Shown here: positions 58,399-64,000 of the stretch, piece by piece
How positions within the stretch are numbered: position 1 is the first letter of the stretch
How the letters are laid out: every line of letters begins with the position of its first letter
DNA from: Oopsacas minuta
Lineage: Eukaryota > Animalia > Porifera
NCBI GenBank assembly: GCA_024704765.1
Contig: JAKMXF010000011.1
Coordinates: 913,557-977,556 of the forward strand
Direction: 5' to 3'
DNA: 64,000 nt
Notes under the pieces: model-generated
What the model was told of the DNA's origin: nothing
Seen by the model: only the letters and a program-made list of their open reading frames with translations
The model's database searches: none
Program-made: the position numbers and the translations under genes

Positions 58399-59911
58399 CG
58401 TGATACATCTAATTATAATTCTGCATATACTTTTGTGGTTATTAGTTATATGTATATTTGTTGTTATATTACCCTCTGCTAACTTTAAATTTATATAATA
58501 TTGTATAATTTCTTGTACACTGCGTCAATAGAATCTTATACTGCACTATATATGGACATTCATTGCCATATTTATCTGAAAATTATCCTATAATTATCTG
58601 CCAATTTTCCTTAATACTCGCCGTTACTAGAACAATACTAATCGCTTCTTAGAGATTGATTTGTAATTTGTTAACAAGTGATTACTCCATGGCCTCATTA
58701 CGTGCACAAGTTCATACTCTAATCTCTGGAGTGTCTGGTTATGCACATTTTTGTGTATTCAGTCAACACCAAAATTCTCACCACGATAGCTTTTTATCAC
58801 AGAATACTGTGAAAATCTTTTGAATAAATAAGATAATATATTCTCTATATAGCTATATTAGTAATATTAATAATTTTACGTTTATGATTGTATTCAATTA
58901 ATTTTCTGAGATTACTGTCGCAATGCTAACACTGCAATATACTGCATATAACGTCAATGAGATCTCTTTTATTGCAATTTTAATAAAGTAATGGGTCAGG
59001 ACCCTTGTTCTAATACTTGGTTATTCAATGGATTTTCCTTTTGATTACACATGATTATGCCTCAGTATGATATCATTTAATTTAGAGTAATCTCTTCGCG
59101 ATTTTACCCCTGTGTATGATAATAACCATTACTGCTGTATATACAGCAATAATTCTACCCTTATTCACTGACTTAACGTACATTATGCTTCATAAAGATA
59201 ATGATGTTTGTATCATGTGATTGTAAATATATTTATGATTGTATTTGCTTTTTTTCTAAATTCAAATTTCGGTTATTTATAGTTTGAGCTAATTATTTGT
59301 CCATTTTTGGAAAGTGTAAATTGCTGTATCTTCGGAAATTCTTGTCATCTAAGCGATGTTGCATGAATTTTCCCTAAACTAGTTGACCTACGTTCATAGC
59401 TACCCTATGAGTTTCATGTTACTCACGTGTTTAATATTTTACAGATTTGTATGTACTTTCATTAGTTTCATATTTTAATTAGATAAATCCCCAGTTTTTA
59501 CTGTTAATCATTACTTACACTTGTCTCAATTACATTTATTAATAATATTCAATTCCCTTGATATGTTATCCCACAGAGACAGGCATTATGCAATACCATG
59601 ACAGTACTATCACATATGCTGTGAGGTAATGGGACTTTCCTATCTGTGTTAATCTAAGGCTACTGTGAATCCTATTTGTATTAATGGTGAGTTAATAAGA
59701 TAGAATGTGTCTCATTTTATTTTTGCATAATAATACCGTCTTAAAGCTCTTCTCATTGTGGTGTCCGTCTTAAATCATTAACAAATGAGTTATATGATTC
59801 AACTTATTAGACAAACACTTAAAATAGCTTAAATAAATACTTAAAGCCCATTGCCAGCTTGCTGCTACAGTTTTGCGTTTAATTATGTTTAAAATCACTA
59901 CTAAATCAATT

Positions 59912-60841
59912 CTACTTTAATGCTACTCTTGAAACAGCTACTGGGAAGTTGCCTTTAACTATTCCTCTTAAGTTCGATTTGCATAGAGCTCTAGCAAATG
60001 CCAATAGACTACAGTCCTCACTCAAACTCTTCCATAGTGTTATCATCCGCACTACTTGGTCTTTCAATCTTCTTGAGTCATATTCGATTTCATCAATCTT
60101 TCCTTCTTCCAACTTGAATCCTTTCCTCGCTACTGTTTTCCATTCACGACCTATTTCACTAGCTATAACGTCAATAAATTCCGGACTAATCGGGGAGTTA
60201 ACTTCCTCTGGCTCATCTACAGGAGATTTAGATTCTGGGGTCGTGTTACCTGTGTTTATTACTTGTATTGGTCCGTTGTATGTGAGATTGTTTATTGTCA
60301 TTGCACCGCCGTTAACCTCTGCTCTGTAATTATTCTCATTAGCGAATACTTGTTTCTGGAAATTAAATTCATAAGGAGTAGAGCTGTGGCTAGGTGGGGG
60401 AGGAGGTTGGAAGGTAAATTCAGGATTCAGTGTACTTTGTCTGTAGTAATTGTTGTATTCCGAGAATTGTGCTCGTGCGAAATGAATGTTCTCATTGTTT
60501 GGGCACATTGGGTCAACTGGTGAAGGAAAATCCATTTTCTTTGAATGATTATTTTGCTTATAAGCTAGGAGATGTTCTAGATTGTTCTCTTTAAGAAAAT
60601 CAACTAATATTGGATCTTGCCAAGGGTCGAGTAGATCTTGTTTCTTGAGAATGTCAAATATATTCAGAATTGTGTATTTATCCATTTCTGAAAGTTGGGA
60701 TTCACTGAAATAGATTTCGTAATATAAACTTTTTGCTATTAACCAGTTTTTAAATTGTTTCACTTGCTCGGGACTTAGCTTTCTAGAAATCTTTACTAAA
60801 TAACATGAGTAGATGAAGAAAGTGTCTTGTTTGAATTCCAT
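59912..60841 (-). CDS. Death-fold adaptor: N-terminal DED-like domain and C-terminal death domain (FADD-like)
   Basis: DED-like 'L..IS..LS.EQV.Q.K…L.IF..L.KQ.LL'; death domain 'IASEIGREWKTVAR…LEEGKIDEIEY…LKDQV..M...WK'. Confidence 0.75.
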   Translation of the reverse strand: MEFKQDTFFIYSCYLVKISRKLSPEQVKQFKNWLIAKSLYYEIYFSESQLSEMDKYTILNIFDILKKQDLLDPWQDPILVDFLKENNLEHLLAYKQNNHSKKMDFPSPVDPMCPNNENIHFARAQFSEYNNYYRQSTLNPEFTFQPPPPPSHSSTPYEFNFQKQVFANENNYRAEVNGGAMTINNLTYNGPIQVINTGNTTPESKSPVDEPEEVNSPISPEFIDVIASEIGREWKTVARKGFKLEEGKIDEIEYDSRRLKDQVVRMITLWKSLSEDCSLLAFARALCKSNLRGIVKGNFPVAVSRVALK

Positions 60842-62897
60842 TTGATTTGTTATTTTTCTTGATTCAATACATTGTAATGAAAATCTGAAATATCAAATTC
60901 TTGTATTTATACTCCTCCCCGACCTCCCAAAATCAAAGCGGGTAGTCTCCCTCAGGATTTATAAATAATAATCATAAATATATCCTGCACTTTCAGTATC
61001 TGTATTACATTCCTAGCATTCTCTAATACGTTAGCTATATCTATAGGGAAATATCTAGTCTAACGATCCCTATCGCTCCTATAATACAGCTACAGTTTGT
61101 CAATTAGTTCCTAATCTGTTCTAAATTATTATCTCTATATATTAAGGGAAAGTCATTTCTAATTAATTAAATAACTCAATATTCTCATCAATACGGTTGA
61201 TAATAAGGGTTTAATGATAGACATATGTCTGTGATTGCCTTTCATTTACGTGAAAATTGAATGTTTTACGAAATGATTTGGAGATTTATAAGCCCCGCTT
61301 CTAAACAGGATTTATCATTTTATAATTATGATATTTAGCATTTCTAGAGATTTTGTATTATTGTAAAGCTATTTTATTTATTATACAGAATTATGTAATA
61401 TTTGATATTTATACAACACCTATATCGTTAATCTGTACTATGCAATATCTTTATATTGCTTACATCTTCATAAATATTATCCAACTGTTTGTATACAAAT
61501 TCTTGTTTATTCCTGATATATTCTTATTGAACAACAAACAAACAAATTAGCTATACTTGAGGACAAATTACCTCATTAATAAATGTATATTTACATGTGT
61601 TTATCATTGCAAATGCAATTATACAGAAATGTTGTATTTCTATAGAAATCTGGACATATTATTATAATGGAAATTATTCTAGCTAACCAAGCGTGTTTTA
61701 ATATGTCCTCTCATCTAAATGAGTATTGTGTACTAGCAAATGTGCTGGAGCAAGTATACATAAATTTGATCAGCTGGTATCTATTGATTTGTCTTGTAAC
61801 AGATTGTAGATATTTATATATTATTTGATTTGTTATTCAAATTCTCTTACAAGATAATGTGGATAAAATGTTTGTGTTGGATGACAGCTTGAATGGAATA
61901 TCAGTGAATAGCACCCTTACCGCCTGATACGAATACTGATAATATTCAGTTTTGGTTGCAACCTTGAATAAGAATATAGACAATTATGGTTAGTATCCAT
62001 AGTCTAATTTTGTACTTTAATGTTTATAGAATAATAATAGCAATGTTCTATGCTATCCTATGTATCTACGTAGAGCATACACAATTTTCACATGTGTGTT
62101 AGGTTGAAACATATTAATACATATGAAATCAGCTGTTTGTTAATAATGCGTAGGTATTTACTTTATCAACTGATATGACTATATTATTATATGTGCTATA
62201 TTCGCCTATTTCATGCTACAAATACAGAGCTATTCGTCCTATGATTAAATTTATATCTCTTATATTAACATGATGTGATATTCAACAGTATTCCATAGTA
62301 AACCGCAATTTGGAATTGGAAGATTTGTATTGGAGTTAGAACTTCTTTTTTTGTGTTTGCTGGTTTTTGAACAAGTCTAAGTCAATTTGTTCTAACCTTT
62401 AGAAAGCAGACAATTAATATATTCTATGTCAGTCTGAATGGATACGAAGCTTAGTCGCAATATATTTTATTAACTCTGCTTATTATTTAAAATATTTAAT
62501 ATTATTATAATTATGGATTATCAGGCTTGTTAGCTTATAATAGATTACTATTAGACACAACTTTTTCTTTGTAATCTTTGTTAATTGTGCAATTCTGCTA
62601 AGCAATCTCTTCTGATTAATGATATATCTCTGTTAATATTATATATGATAATGATAATTTTCTATAAATCTTAGGTCAAAAAATTGAATTTACACGCTAA
62701 TGAATAAATTAGAAAGTACATCATCACTCTACAGGATCGCTGAATTATCAAATATTATTGGAATAATACTCTTTGTTTTATTGTTTTTCGTATTCATAAA
62801 CTAAGTCTCAACACGCGTGTGTGAAAATATGATTAACTGATAAACAGTTTAATTATAAATAATGCAAGGTTTTCGTGAGTGAATAAATCTTTCCCGG

Positions 62898-62950
62898 CTT
62901 ACTTACTTACTTACTTACTTAATTAATTACTTACTTACTTACTTAATTAC
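62898..62950. repeat. (TTAC)n/(TTAA) microsatellite
   Basis: TTACTTACTTACTTACTTACTTAATTAATTACTTACTTACTTACTTAATTACTT. Confidence 0.9.
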
Positions 62951-63078
62951 TTCATTAATTATTTTATTATTAATGTTGGAGTATTTAATTAAATATTAAT
63001 GTATTAAAATGTATTTTCTAGAATTAACAAGTAAGGGAGTTGATACATAAATCGGTCGGTATTTTGAGATATTGTCTT

Positions 63079-63384
63079 CTATAAAATACTACATCCTTGT
63101 CCTAAAGTAAACGATTTCCCTGTCAAATTGTCAAAATAATCTTCAGATAATAACGTATTTCCACTGTAACCCCCTCTTGTAAGCAGTCTTGCTTCTAATC
63201 TAGACCCGTTTTTTATTGAATAATCAGAAGTGTATCTGTCCTCACTCAGTAGTCTATCTCTGTGATAAAGTTCAATGAGATGAGGAGCTGTACAAATCTT
63301 GCTTTTCAATTCCTCAATCGTGCAATCTTTTATATAAAACTCAGTTGGAATTCTCATTATCTCGACTAGTATGTAAAATCCCAT
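63079..63384 (-). CDS. Divergent ubiquitin-like protein with internal LTRGG and a C-terminal extension
   Basis: 'TIEELKSKI…L…L.EDR..SDYSIKNGS.LE..L.TRGG' resembles ubiquitin TIENVKAKI…LEDGRTLSDYNI…LRGG. Confidence 0.6.
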   Translation of the reverse strand: MGFYILVEIMRIPTEFYIKDCTIEELKSKICTAPHLIELYHRDRLLSEDRYTSDYSIKNGSRLEARLLTRGGYSGNTLLSEDYFDNLTGKSFTLGQGCSIL

Positions 63385-64000
63385 TTCTCTTATTTGCAGT
63401 AATAGAGCCTGGTTGTGTGTACTTTGTATCTAAGTAGAATATTCTGTTTATTCTACACTCACTGGTATTTATATATACCATTCCACTAGCCATCAAATGC
63501 TGTACGTATATTATACGAGTGCGATAATATTTTATAGACTCTCCTGTCAAGTACAGCAAATTATATTTCAATTAAAACTGGCGGAGTTGAAGCCAATTAC
63601 TAATGAGTAGATTCCGTACATTAGTGATAAATTTGTGATTATAGCCAGGTGGTATTTGTCTTCTTTTGATGGCAGTAATATATGGAATTCTAATCTAAGT
63701 GACGATTGCTAAACGCTCGAATGTAACTGTCAACAAGAAATTTGCCCATTTTTGTCTGCTGTCTTGTTATCTACTTATTAACTAAGTTGATAGAAAGATT
63801 TTATCAGAATACTGGCGAATTCTTTGTAGAAAAATTGTAAAACTTCTGAATTAAGGATTATAATTATCATATCCCTACGCTAATATTTGTGTTTGTTTGA
63901 TCTCGATCGACAAATAATTGAGTTTAATTGCATATGTTTTTCCATATGTTTCTTATCTTTAAGAGGCTTACTTAAAGATATAATTAATATTCTATATAAT

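Overview
AT-rich, gene-dense, intron-poor eukaryotic DNA with an animal gene repertoire (TRIM-NHL, GABA-B-like GPCRs, DED/DD adaptor, LAP1-like, Trio/Dbs-like GEF) and short GT-AG introns (about 50-140 nt). This fits a compact early-branching animal genome such as a glass sponge (inference, not provable from the window). About 30 protein genes, one tRNA-His and a few MITE-like relics are present. Standout 1: at 20056-23558 (-) an intronless gene encodes three bacterial-type tripartite alpha-pore-forming-toxin (ClyA/Hbl/Nhe superfamily) subunits in one chain, AhlB-like + AhlB-like + AhlC-like. It has a Lys-rich 20-aa repeat N-terminus, Pro-rich and polybasic linkers, and one 1-nt frameshift. 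Standout 2: a six-exon Frizzled/Smoothened-like receptor on the minus strand (38556-43332), missed by the ORF track, carries three opposite-strand genes in its introns. Also notable: tandem class C GPCRs with a homogenised 7TM region, a sirtuin lacking the catalytic His, an ING PHD lacking the aromatic cage, a stand-alone minimal MLH3 endonuclease domain, and a DED-RHIM-like-DD adaptor. All family calls are from motif recognition by eye; no searches were run.
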